Origin: Eledone cirrhosa
Taxonomy: Eukaryota
Reading direction: 5' to 3'
NCBI GenBank assembly: GCA_964016885.1
Contig: OZ024742.1
Coordinates: 149,978,001-150,042,000, forward strand
DNA: 64,000 bases
Shown here: piece by piece, positions 41,357 to 54,121 of the stretch
How positions within the stretch are numbered: position 1 is the stretch's first letter
Layout: each line of letters starts with the position of its first letter
Notes under the pieces: generated by a model
Databases searched by the model: none
Seen by the model: only the letters and a program-made list of their open reading frames with translations
What the model was told of the DNA's origin: nothing
Position numbers and translations under genes: made by a program

Positions 41357-43482
41357 TTATACTTCTCTTAGGTCAGTGTTGTTTGTTTGGGTGTTGTTGT
41401 TATTCCATTCATTCTTTCTGTTTAGCCTTGGTCTTCTAATTTCTATTTCACTGGCCTCTCTGATTTGCCTATCTGCTGGGTCATTTCTATGTTTAGATAT
41501 TATTCTAATTTCTATGTTGTCTATGTTACCGTCATGTTGTTGTCTAGCATGTTCGTATAGTACTGACCCGTTTTTTCGTCCTTTTAGTTCCCCCCAGTGT
41601 TGGTCTATCCTTTCACCTATGCTACGAGCTGTCTCACCTATGTATGTTGTTGTCATGTTTCTGCAAGTACCCTCTGTACATCTTATGCTATAGACTACGT
41701 TTCTAGATTTACAGTTTATCCGGGGGTTCACCTTACATATGATACATTTCCTATTGGTACAGTGGGTTTTCTTAAAAGGGTAGGTTTTGCTGATCAGGGA
41801 TTTTATGGTGGTTCCTGGATTTTCTACCACCTTTATTTTTAAGTGGGTCTTTGTCAGGGCCTTTCTACACTGGTTAGCTAATTTCCCTCCAGGGTTGGCG
41901 TCCACAAACATGACACTCTGGTATCTCTGGTTGTCGTACCATGAGGTGGCTTTCCCTATCTTATGTCTAGCCCTATCTAAGCTATTCCATGATTTGCTCC
42001 TGTATAATGGGCAAATTCCTTTCATGTCCAGTTCTATGAGTGTCTTATACTTTTCCATGGCTCCTTCGTATACTCTGACTCTGTCTCTTTGGTTGTAGCT
42101 AGAGAACTGCATGCGGTTGATGAAGTGTTGGATGTGTCTTTCCATTTCTGTTGGGTCGCACATGCGAGACACATTCTTCATCACTCGTACCAAATCTGCG
42201 ATCAGAATATTAAACTTAGCACTACTGGACATTGCTGAGTTTTTGAGTATCATGTATTTGGAGGCCATGGGTTTAGCATAGTGTGAGTGGAGAATTTGGG
42301 CTCTCTCGTCTATAGTGTTAATCCAGAGTTCTGTGTCTAATACAGGTAGTCTATTGTTAGGGTGTTTGGAAGGGAAGTCGATAGTTACAGTTATACTCTG
42401 GTGTATGGAATTAGCTATCTGCTGGATGCTTTCCATCGTGCTACGTTCTAAATCAAACTTGTTAGTACTCTCTAGTGGGGTGTTCTTATAACTATATTGA
42501 TATCGTCTACATAACGAGAGTACATGATGAGGTCTATGGAGCTCTCATTAAGGAGATCTTTAAGTCTCCTTTCCCACCATACCATGAAAAGGTTGGCAAC
42601 ATCACCAGCTATGCTGACGCCGATGGCTGCTCCCTCATTTTGGGTGTAGATCTTCTCGTTGAACTTAAATATGTGGCCCTTTAGGGCAGTTTTGATACTA
42701 GCCCCTATTGCATGTGCGACCATTTTTCTTACCTGATCATTGTTTTGGGGGGTCCGTATAGCTTTGGTCCACCCAATCCACCTTCCCATGGGAGTCTTTT
42801 TTGCCATTGAGGTTATGGTGGGGCGTCTACCTATTATAGGTCTACTAGGGCAGAAACATCTAAGGTCATGGCTGTCTAGGTAGTCAGTGTCGTAGGTAAG
42901 TCTAAGTAGGAGGCCCAGTTCGTCTGTGTCGACGTCGCAGAACTCCACCTCACTCTCAATGATCATCTCCACACATCTTTTTACAGCAAAATCAATGTTA
43001 ATGGATGGGTACAGTGACACCACATCCATGCTGCCTATTATGCAGTTGGATAGGCTCCTGTTTTTGTTGCACTCACTGATTCTGCTGAGGAGGTCCTCTG
43101 TACTGTCACATACATCTGGGGACATCTTGATTATGGGGCGTATAACCATTGAGAGGAAGTAGGAGATCCTGTAGTTGCTAGCTATATTAGCTCCGCATAC
43201 GGGTCTTGTTGGTGGTCCTGTTGTCGGGTCGTCGACTGTCTTGTGGTCTTTGCGGAGCCCATACAAGGGTGGTATGCCATTGTTAGACGCCTGGAAGTTG
43301 TTGGCAGTGCGTCTGCTTGGCTTTAGGATGTCAGTCCACATCATCATGTGAGCGTTGAGGATTTTCTCTCTCCCATCGTGTGTTTGTTGTGCAATTTCGC
43401 TCGTGTTGGTGATGTGGGGTTGCATAGCCTCGATGTAGTTCGGCATGCTATCTATTGACATCCTACCAGACTTATCCGTGCC
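41357..43482 (-). pseudogene. PLE reverse transcriptase + GIY-YIG endonuclease, one frameshift near 42477
   Basis: DKSG, LYGLRKDHK, DVVSLYPSI, QNEGAAIG, RYVDD, LPVLD, CxxxxCxxC linker, VVY...YIGETARS..ER..H. Confidence 0.92.
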
Positions 43483-43687
43483 CCATAATTAAGATGTCCC
43501 CAGATGTGTCTATATTGTATCTGTATTATTTTTGACCGTCGGCCAGTCAATGGCAACATTGAGGACCGAGTAAGTTAGATTACCGATATAAAAGACACAG
43601 AAGCGAGAAGCGAAAACCAACCAAACAGTGAGTGTGTTCTGTTATTAATTCTGGCAATATTACACAAATATGACCCTCTCCAAGTAT

Positions 43688-43717
<30 letters not shown>

Positions 43718-43719
<2 letters not shown>

Positions 43720-43759
43720 CGAAGGAAATGTGGTAAGGAACCAGGTGGACCATATGGTT

Positions 43760-43763
<4 letters not shown>
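43718..43763 (-). mobile_element. Family A element with the hairpin region deleted
   Basis: Both termini retained (AACGAAGG...GGACCATA + GTTCCTAT). Confidence 0.7.
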
Positions 43764-43801
<38 letters not shown>

Positions 43802-43815
43802 TAAATATAATATAA

Positions 43816-43869
<54 letters not shown>

Positions 43870-43877
43870 GCGTGTGT

Positions 43878-43949
<72 letters not shown>

Positions 43950-44008
43950 ATATAGCAGTAGTAATAAACGAAGCCAAATTTTAAACATTTGACTTATTTA
44001 TTTTATTT

Positions 44009-44045
<37 letters not shown>

Positions 44046-44985
44046 AAAGTAAAGATCAAAATCAAAAACAAAATAAAGTAAGAAAAAGGGGACGTGTTGA
44101 CAACGATAGGTGTGAGTGTGTGGGGTGGGTGGGGAGGGGGATAAATAAAAACAACTTAAATATAAACAAATACACAAGATATGCTTATACATATATATGT
44201 ACATACACATACATACACATATATACATATACACATATATATGCATATATACCTTTACACACACATATATGTGTGTATATATATAAAATAAATATACGTA
44301 CACATACACATACATGTGCATACATATATACATATACACACACACATATATATACACACATACATACAAACATATACACACTCACATCCACATGCATACA
44401 CATACAAAAAAAAACACTACAATACATTAGAAAAATTAATCTCAAAGGTACATAACCCACGTACATACGTACACATACGCGTACACATACACGCACGCAA
44501 TAAGAAATCAACACACGCATACAAATAGACATATATGTAAATCCGTACACACATATATAAACACATATATACACATATACACAAAAACATATATAGAAAA
44601 CACATGCATACATATATACAAATAAATACATATAAACAAATACATACATTCATATATATATATATATACAAACACATATATACATATATATATATATACA
44701 CACACACACATACACACACACACACATACATATACATAAAAAAGCACGTATATATGTAAGTACACATAAGCCTGTCTGCATATGCGCCCACATATAACCT
44801 TATGTGAGTACGCTTAAAAACGTAGTGGTTAAGTAAGGACAAAGGGGAGTAAAACTGAAATAATGTTATAACTCTAAGGTGAAATTCCTCATTGAATGCT
44901 TTAGCTGCACATCCCGACTGCATTCGTTAGCTTGGCTGCAACCAGAGCTTCGATTATGCCGTAATGCTGTTCTTCCTCTTTGTAC

Positions 44986-45055
<70 letters not shown>

Positions 45056-45437
45056 AAATTTCGCAGACTAGCAAGTCAGTTTGCTGTATACGAGCGATAA
45101 ATGGCCGGCTTTGCCAAATTCAAATAAAAAAGAAAGTTTCGATCTACATGGCTGAATACAATACATGTAATCTGACGTTTTCGAATATTAATAAAAACAT
45201 TCGAGTCGTTTGCAATTATGCAAACAAGCCTCACTTTTATAGCCATGTCAGTTGAATGAACCCTTCATTCTTGCTCTTGTGTTGGCATTGAGCCACCATC
45301 ATAAACGTGGTTTTGTCTTTGCGTGTAATTGTTTTTACCGCACCAAATAATGACTTATTATCTTCGTTTTTTTCCGTCCTTTGCCAGGAAACGTTTCCAT
45401 GAACCAAAGTATCGTTTTTCTGTCTTCCTTTGGTTGC

Positions 45438-45639
45438 AACGTTTTTTGAAATATTTACTTCTGCGTTCCCAGATTGACTTTTTTAGTTTCAGAAGATCCC
45501 GTTAAGGGTGAAAGCAGCGATTCTTTGCTTAAACTTTAATCTGTTATTTTAATAAATATTTGCTCTACGGTTCTTATATATCTGATATATAATCCTTATC
45601 GGGCCCTCTTTGGATTTTAGTCTTCAAATTTATTATTAT

Positions 45640-45640
<1 letters not shown>
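45438..45640 (+). mobile_element. Family G (TA)n-associated element; inverted copy at 46571-46681
   Basis: CAGAAGATCCCGTTAAGGGTGAAAGC also present at 63893-64000. Confidence 0.65.
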
Positions 45641-45724
<84 letters not shown>

Positions 45725-46019
45725 CAGGTCTTCACATGTTAACGTGCTATGATGTTGGGTTTGAATAGTTTTTAGGATTCCCCATTTCAGCAGCCAGTAC
45801 GTTAAAGAAAATTGATAGTTACAACAATAAAGGCTAAACAGAGAACACATTTTTTAACAAACAATAATTTGAACAACCTTAATGGAAATCCCAAGTAACA
45901 GAAAATATTTAAATTACATTGTTAGAGCCTCAGAGTATGCAATATTTTTTGTTCGGCCCTCTGGAGCAAAGATGAAGAGATTGTTTGGCGAGCTCACCCT
46001 AGAGCATCCTACATACACT

Positions 46020-46495
46020 TGACCATGAGAGAAGCACTGATCTCGTATCTCGTCTCGCGGAGAAGCTCTGCAGACATTGACCTCTGGACACTCCTGTCAG
46101 GAGCAGGTAAGCTGTAGTGACTTAGGGGACTACCACCAATCTCCAGGACACTGTTTTCAAGACAAATGAGCGCCTCATTGAAAACGACAACTTTCGGATT
46201 TTGTCTGTTTGTGCGGTGGAGGATGTCCTCAGCTAGACTTTCGCGGTGGTTGTTCCACAGTGCGAGAGGGTCGGCGAGATCACAGTTGTGCAGCATAATA
46301 GCAAAAAGTGTTCGCAGCTGAGGAGGGACTTTATCAGTTGCTGCTTCTTGCAGGGTGAGGTGCCAATGGCTGTCATCGTGTAACATACGAAGGCATCTGG
46401 CAAGCCAAACGGTAAGTGGAACATTGATGGCCATTGATGGTTCTCGGATCTTGGAAAGACTGTGGTCCTCTAACCTCGGACAGTAACAATGACGA
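46020..46495 (-). mobile_element. Helitron Rep/helicase fragment
   Basis: LLLSEVRGPQSFQD.RTING..C.TYR.AC / LHDDSHW..TLQEAA....PQLRTLFAIML..C....PLALW..HRESLAEDIL. Confidence 0.85.
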
Positions 46496-47019
46496 TAAGC
46501 CGTCTGTGCTTCGTGAAATAAATAGGTTTTTGTTTTTGTGTATGCAAAAATATCTGTACACGAATATATATATTAAAATAACAGATTAAAGTTTAAGCAA
46601 AGGCTTTCACTCTTAATGGGATCTTCTGAAACTAAAAAAAATCAATCTGTGAACGCAGAAGTAAATATTTCGAAAAACGTTATCTAATGCAGACAGCCAG
46701 AGATATATTTTAAGGGCGCTACGTTATAGCTATGTATCTATCTAAAAGGACAGACTAAGAAAAAGAGGGGAATGTTGTGCGACGTCATAAGGAAAAGTGA
46801 GGAATGGCTTATAACCGGAAGTGTTGACATTTGAAATTTTAAAGAAGTGAATATTTAAATAATGTCTTTAATCTTTTAACAAAATTCAGTAGACAAAAAT
46901 ACCCTCACTTTTTTACTTGGAAAAAGTTACATCTATGGTACCAATTTGGTGCTGTTTGGTCCAGCCGTTTGGCGAAACGTTTGTTACATACATACGGCCA
47001 TCAGCTTTATATTATAGGT

Positions 47020-47985
47020 ATAACTTTGATAGGTTTCGGCCAGTATTGTCCCAGGCCATGTCTAACTTAATAGCACCACCTGGCGAAGTCTTACAAATCA
47101 GCGAGCAGAGAGTTATTATTTACGGAGGCATATCCGGTTGTAGGAGGCTTATCCGGGATTTCTTGAAGGAATTTGTCCAAAGACTTCTTGAACTTGATGG
47201 GGTCTGTTTCTGTTTTGATGTGTTTTGGTGTAATGTTAAAGAGAGCAGGCCAATTGAGGTGAAATAATTGTGCCGTATTGTTGTTATGAGATGCGAGTGA
47301 GATTTTTGTCGTGGGCGGATACCACGGGGCCCAAGCCTTGGGTGTACATTAAAGGTGATGCCATCATCATTTGGGCAAAGCTGATGGAATATTTTCCACA
47401 TCATGCAGATAATGTAGCGCTCACGGCAACGTTGGAGAGAATAAAGATTGAGCTTTTCTAATCGACTCCAATAGTCAAGGCCTGTCATGCCATCTATCTT
47501 TTTTGTAATCGACCTTTGGGATGCTTCAACTTTCATGATACTTTGTTTCGTGTGGAGAGACCACAGTATTCAAGGTGGGATCTGGCAAAAGTGGATAAGA
47601 GAAGGATAACAGTGTGGATATCTCTCGACTGGAAAGTTCTGAGAATCCAGGAACACATTCTGCGGGCCATGTATGAGTGGCCCAGCTTATGTTGTCCACA
47701 ATTACTCCCAGTTCTCTGATGTTATTGGATGCCACTAGAGTTTCACCTGAAGGAAGAGAGTATGGTAGCTTCAGGGCATCTTTTTTCCAAAGTGGATTAA
47801 TCCAAACTTATCCTCATTCAACAGCATATTATTCTTTTCTGCCCATTGGATAACAGCCAGTAGATCTGACTGAAGGCAAGTCCGGTCACCCACTTCATTG
47901 ATGACCCTTTGGAGCTTGGAATCACCTGCGAATATTCTTACGTTGCTGTGCTTGGTGATGTCATTAATGTAGATGATGAAATTGG
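47020..47985 (-). mobile_element. CR1-type LINE 3' fragment (degenerate RT C-terminus)
   Basis: FIIYINDI...FAGDSKL...LQSDL; YWSRLEKLNLYSLQRCRERY. Confidence 0.88.
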
Positions 47986-47989
47986 TCAA

Positions 47990-50900
47990 AGATGGAACTA
48001 GAGGTGTTGATCAAGAGATGGAGTCTGGCTGATGGGTCACCACCAAGCAAAAAGATTGCGGAAACTCTGAAGAACCATGGCTTTTTGAGGACTTTGGCGC
48101 AAATAGACAGAAAAGGAAGAGAAATTGAGAAGGCCTAATGTTCCCATAGTACCCCACATGGCCATGCTAAGCCGTGTCCTCAAGGAAGAGAAAAACGGGG
48201 AGAAAGAAAAAGAAAAGGAAGAAAGCACAAGCACGGACCTTAAAGAAAATGAGATACCCGCCGCCACAGTCAAGGAAGGCAGGCCGGGCAACCAAGAGGC
48301 AAGCGGTAAAGGCGGGAAGCGAAATCACCTTCCGAAAGATAACCAAGCAGAAAAAGACCAATGGACAACTGTCCAAAGGAAGAACAGAAGGCGCCGAGAT
48401 ACTGGGAGCAAGAAAACCTAGGTAACATGCAATTTCTTCAGCAACAGGACCTGCTGGCAAGGAGAAAGAGGAACAGAATGTAGATTCACTCACCCCAGGC
48501 CCCAAGCGAATTACGCCTAACTTACTCACACAAAATGCCCCAGCCAAAACCAGAACCGATGCAAGCTGCCCCAGAAGTATGCTGATGTCGCGCATGCCAC
48601 CCCAACAAAGAGGAGAAGGCACGTATATGCAGACGAGATACAGAGCAAAATCATTTTTTAATGATGACAGAGAAGATTGTGGGACAGCTGGCCTGGCTGC
48701 ATCGTTTTCAGAGCCAGGGTCACTCACACCAGCCCTCGAGACCACCACAATTAAGGGACCCAGAGTGGCCGCCACTGACACCAGGCCAGGTGTCATACCG
48801 ACAGCCATTGCTGACACCGCAAATGTCACACCAGTGCTGCTGTTGAATGGCAGAGGTCTGGTGAAACTCACTAACATGGGTAAAATTTCCTACCTGGGAG
48901 ACTTAGCCATAAGCAATCAAGTATTATGCATGGCACTAAACGAAATGCACCTGACAAACAGTATAGCAGATGCGGAAATACATATACCAAAATATACTGA
49001 ATTTCGTTCGGGAAGGAAGGAGAGGACTCATGGTGGGGTTGCTCTGTATATCCGTGAAGATGTCACACTAATTGTACTGTTGACACATTCAAACTCAGTC
49101 TGTGACACACTGATAGTACATATGAAGCAACTAAAGACGGTAATATGTGTCACATATCGACCACCCGTTTCTCCCAGTCATGAGGGTAAATTTGAGGATA
49201 GCATCAGTAGGATAGAAGAGGTCCTTGACAAACTGGACCAGGGTCTCAACATTCTACTGCTGGGAGACTTCAACCTGCCAAAGGTCAAACGGCCTGTAGG
49301 CCTCCTCCTCCCTGGAATGACATCACTAGAACAGAGACAGACGGCTGGCCCTCACACACAGGCTGTTCATGGAACAAGCAGTACTCCTCCCAACAAAAGG
49401 CAAGAATGTCTTGGATCTCTGTTTTACAAACAACACAGTGCTCATCCACAATGTAAAGGTGACACCAACGATTTTGACACCAACGGATTCGGATCATAAC
49501 TTAGTAGAATTAATGATATGTGGTCCGAGAGAGTCAACAGAGACACAACCATCAAGAAGCACCGGGAACTTATCCAGCCTTAACTTCTACAAGGCTAACT
49601 GGAAAAAGATCAAGAAAGAAATCCGGAAGCAAATATGGAACGACAACATCACCACACAAGACACCAACACACATTTTCAATACTTCATGACAACAATACA
49701 AACTATATGTCAAAGGTTTGTCCCGGAGAAAAAGGCCAACAGACGAAAAATCTTATTCCCAGAGACAGGAAAATCCCTATGAGACGTAGAACTAAGCTCA
49801 ACACATTGCACAACAAAAAAAAAAACACAAACAAGAAGGATCCTATTTGAAACGTGCACTACTTGACATCGAGACTGCACTCAAACTTTCCCATGAAAAG
49901 GAGAGGGCAAAGATAAATCAGGGCCATAGAAAATATTAAAACAAACCCTAAGACCTTTAAATTTGCAAAAGAGACTGCCTCGGTACACTGCAAGATTGGG
50001 CCACTCTTCCATAAAGATGGTTCATTAACTGAGAATCCCCAACAGATAAGTGAAATACTGAACGAACAGAACAAAGTGTGTTCCAATGACCACTGAGGCA
50101 CATGCAAATAACAAAGCCAGAGGATTTCTTTGATGCCACAACACTCCATGAAGAAATAGCAACCATCAACCACATAAACATAACGGAGGAGGATGTGGTA
50201 TATGCCATAGACGAAATTAGAACAAACTCAGCTGTTGGATCTGATGGATTCCCAGCAGTCCTCCTAAAAACATGTAAGCGAGCCTTAGCAACTCCACTGA
50301 CGACGCTCTTCAGAAGCTCCTTGGTTAGCGGTAGACTAGTGGTAGACTAGCAGAGCGGAGGCCAAAAACTACAGGCCAGTCTCCCTGACGTCACATATCA
50401 GTAAGTTCATGGAGCGAATCATCAGAAAAAAACTGATCACGTTCCTCGAGGAAAATGACCGTCTGACTAGCACGCAGCATGGCTTTCGCCCAGGAAGAAG
50501 CTGCCTTACACAGCTGCTACATCACTACGACTGGGTACTGAAACAACTGCTCGACAGCGCACATGTGGACGTGATTTATCTTGACTTTGCGAAGGCCTTT
50601 GACAAGGTCGACCACGGAATGATATGTCACAAACTACACAGACTCGGCATAACTGGAAAAGTAGGTGAGTGGCTGCATGACTTCTTAAAGGACAGAAGCC
50701 AGAGAGTTGCAACAAACAGGGCCCTCTCAAGGAAATATCAATAACAAGTGGGACCACTACTGTTCTTAGTGGCTCTCTCAGACATGCCCTCTGTAGTACA
50801 TACAACATCCCTCACTAGCTATGCTGATAACACTAAGGTAGCACAGGCAATCAAAAACCCGGCTGATGCTGCCCTTTTACAACAAGATCTGGATGCCATA

Positions 50901-51530
50901 TACAAATGGGCTGAAGATAGCAACATGCAGTTTAATGCGGGAAAATGTCAAGCCCTACAATACCAACCTGCAAACACAAATACAGTGCAACACAGTTACA
51001 CTGGACCAGGAGAGACCGAAATTCCCGTGTCGAAATCGATACGAGACCTAGGAATAGACATGAGCGACGATGCTTCTTTTTCCTCACACATCATGAAAGT
51101 GGCGACAATGTGCAGACGACTCGCTGGCTAGATCTTGAGGACTTTCCGGACACAAGACCGAAAGACCATGTTGACATTATGGAGGACATTTTTCCTAAGC
51201 CACCTGGACTATTGCTCCCAGCTGTGGTCACCCTATCGTGTCAAACAAACCACGGAGCTGGAGGCAATCCAACGAAGCTACACCAAGAGGATTGCGACGA
51301 TGAAGGAGATAAGCTACTGGGAGAGGCTAAAAGAACTGAACCTCTACTCCTTGGAACGAAGACGGGAGAGATACGCAGTGATATACATGTGGAAAATCCT
51401 GGAGGGACTAGCACCAAACTTTGGCATCGAGAGCTGGACCAACTCCCCAACAGGACGTCACTGTGTGGTGCCAAAGGCCCCGTCTTCCACATCTAGAATA
51501 AGGAACAGATATTACAATAGCCTACGGTTC
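47990..51530 (+). mobile_element. CR1-type LINE, near full ORF2 but frameshifted (ORF1 remnant, APE, RT)
   Basis: APE: NGRGL, GGVALY, YRPP, GDFNLP, LDLCF, SDHN. RT: QHGFRPGRSCLTQL, YLDFAKAFDKVDH, GPLLF, YADNT. C-terminal LYSLERRRERY. Confidence 0.93.
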
Positions 51531-52740
51531 AGAGCTGAAGCCGTTTCGACGGCTATTTCTGGACTAAATTTGAATTTTTAGCCTGGTGAATAAATACCCG
51601 AACTTGTCAAGGGGTACTTCCTTATATGGGAAGATTGTAGTTGTCAAGAGGATTGGTTAAAATTTCTTGTAAACACAAAAAAGTCTATCATGGCATTTGG
51701 TGGGAGATAGGGGTGGCTGAACTTGCCTGTAGAACAATAGGGGAGTGAGTGGAGCGGTCAAGCGTTGAAAGTGATATGTATACACCAGATTCTAAGGATA
51801 GTGTATGAAGTGGGAGGGAGGTTATAGAATAGGTAAATCGAATGAGAGTAGGAGACAATAAAAGATAATAGAAATAAATAAAAAAATATATAAAATTAGA
51901 TAGTGAGAAATGAATAAAAAAAAAATCACAATGCTATCTTACAATTACAGGTAAATAAGTTGAGAATAGAAACAAATTGTAGAAATTGAGTAGTACCAAA
52001 ACTGATACAAAAATAAAAGGGGTTTAACACCTCTGCTATAAGTAGTTAGTAAAACGTATTCGGCCAATTCTATCTTAAAATTACAGGGGTGGGGAAATTG
52101 ATGCTACAGAGGCCCGATGGGCTGCATCGGGGTAGCGAAAGGGGAAAAGCAGACGAGGAAGAAAATAGGGGGTGGAAGGAAGTGATAGGATGAGACAGGG
52201 GGAAGAAGACAATGAGGAAAAGAAAAGAGATACATCTACCTATGTAAGCTGGGGTTTCCCCTAATTTATTCGGCAAGTGTGTGTGTGGGGGGGGGGGGGG
52301 GGGGGGGTATCAGCCCTTGTCTGCCCACCCGGGTCGTTATGGGGTTTGAGGGCGAGGTAAGTCCTACGCAATCTGTGTTTGCATGCGGTTACCAGTTCGT
52401 CTTTCTTGTTTAGGTGTTGGTCCTTCGAAAACAGCATTTGTAATGTTTCCTTCGAGCATAAGTTACACGGACGGCGTCCTCCCGTGTATGAGTTAGCTCT
52501 GGACAGTAAGCTCCAAGTGAGATTGTAGGTTATATTATTATCTTGGATGTCCCAGATGTGGCCCGAAAGTGTAGTGGCATGTCGCTGGACCGGGTTTCGG
52601 AAAGTATGTCGGTGTTGGTAGAGCCGGGTCTTGAAGTCACACGCGGTTAATCCTATATAAGCTTTGTTGAAGGTGTCCGTCCTCACGTTGTACTGGTAGA
52701 TAACGTTACGTTCTCGGCATTTGTTGTTGAGGGGGCACGT
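51530..52740 (-). mobile_element. Hydra-type PLE 3' fragment: GIY-YIG endonuclease plus 3' UTR ending in family A sequence
   Basis: CPLNNKC..NVIY...AYIGLT..FKTR...H..TF...CNLCSKE...LNKKDEL..CKH; family A sequence at 51530-51565. Confidence 0.8.
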
Positions 52741-52744
52741 ATAT

Positions 52745-53129
52745 AAGAAAGAGCGTAAAAAATAAAAATAATAATACGAGATAGAGTTACCTTGGGAGAG
52801 ATTTAATTGTCCCTATATTTCGGATTCACATCCATCAAAACAACGAACAACAGAGGACACGTATCGATCCTATCCTACAGATCCCCCCTCCCCGTAAAAC
52901 CACCTAGTTTATGGATGTGAATCCAAAATATAGGGACAATTAAATCTCTCCCAAGGTAACTCTATCTCGTGTTATTAGTTTTATTTTTAGGCTCTTTCCT
53001 ACGTTCTTCTACACACTATACATCTCATTCTACATTCCCTTACATCTCTCTCCCCACCACCGGATCTTGTTACCCGGAGAATTACCCATCTGTATTGTTA
53101 AGGCTTCCAAAACGACCTAAAGAAAATAT

Positions 53130-53130
<1 letters not shown>
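52745..53130 (+). mobile_element. Family D fold-back element
   Basis: ~90-bp inverted arms 52746-52836 / 52911-53003; degenerate TGATG-GGATGTGAATCC-GAAATATA core. Confidence 0.65.
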
Positions 53131-53170
<40 letters not shown>

Positions 53171-53321
53171 ATACTTTGGGAGGGTTATGTTGCCAATAAG
53201 AAACACACGCACCAGTTGCTTTCACTTCAATTTGATTTAATATATATTTATAAATTTACAAATTTATAAATTTCTGGTTGGTTGGTTGGTTCCACAACCA
53301 GATAGTTGTTTATATATATAT

Positions 53322-53366
53322 AGTCATAGTTCTTTCGTCACACACTCTGTGACCTCTTCAGTGACT
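53322..53366 (-). ncRNA. Minimal type I hammerhead ribozyme
   Basis: Inverted copy of 53622-53666. Confidence 0.85.
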
Positions 53367-53621
53367 GGGGATTTTCATTTCACAAAATGAAAACACACAC
53401 AAGACAAAATGAAAACACACACACACATAGAACAAACAACCAACCAACAATAAATAAATAAATAAACAAACAAATATAAATAGAAAAATAGAAAAATGAA
53501 CACAAACACACACAGACACCCGGATGTGGCGCATGCGCAAACTGAGCACGCAACCCACACACAAACAAAATGGCGTAGGATAGAAGAAAGGAAAGGCACA
53601 GAAACGAAGAAAGAAATCCCC

Positions 53622-53666
53622 AGTCACTGAAGAGGTCACAGAGTGTGTGACGAAAGAACTATGACT
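53622..53666 (+). ncRNA. Minimal type I hammerhead ribozyme
   Basis: AGTCA-CTGAAGA-G-GTCACA GAGTG TGTGAC-GAAA-GAAC-TA-TGACT; stems I and II perfect. Confidence 0.88.
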
Positions 53667-53879
53667 ATATATATATAAACAACTATCTGGTTGTGGAACC
53701 AACCAACCAACCAGAAATTTATAAATTTGTAAATTTATAAATATATATTAAATCAAATTGAAGTGAAAGCAACTGGTGCGTGTGTTTCTTATTGGCAACA
53801 TGACCCTCCCAAAGTATAACAATATCGGTTTCAACACACGATTTCAGATAAAGAATCTTGCTAAACAAATTCAGAAACG

Positions 53880-53936
<57 letters not shown>

Positions 53937-53993
53937 TATACACATATATATACACATACATATATACATATATATATACACATATATATGCGT

Positions 53994-54047
<54 letters not shown>

Positions 54048-54051
54048 ACGC

Positions 54052-54090
<39 letters not shown>

Positions 54091-54121
54091 CATATATCTA
54101 TATATCTATATATACATATAT

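Larger units (their letters stand above)
40823..43692 (-). mobile_element. Penelope-like element (Nematis/Neptune-like), 5'-truncated, with inverted partial pLTR
   Basis: RT plus C-terminal GIY-YIG; 43505-43692 is the reverse complement of 40866-41057; (TA)n at both ends. Confidence 0.93.
53163..53881 (+). mobile_element. Solo PLE pLTR with inverted partial copy (family C)
   Basis: 53163-53375 is the reverse complement of 53612-53825; homologous to 59360-59822. Confidence 0.9.

Noticed and set aside
45438-46681. TIRs of a DNA transposon carrying a Helitron fragment
   Set aside because: The inverted sequences are family G copies also found alone at 63890; no TSD or TIR-type ends.
48167-48877. 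236-aa minus-strand ORF
   Set aside because: Antisense shadow of the CR1-type LINE.
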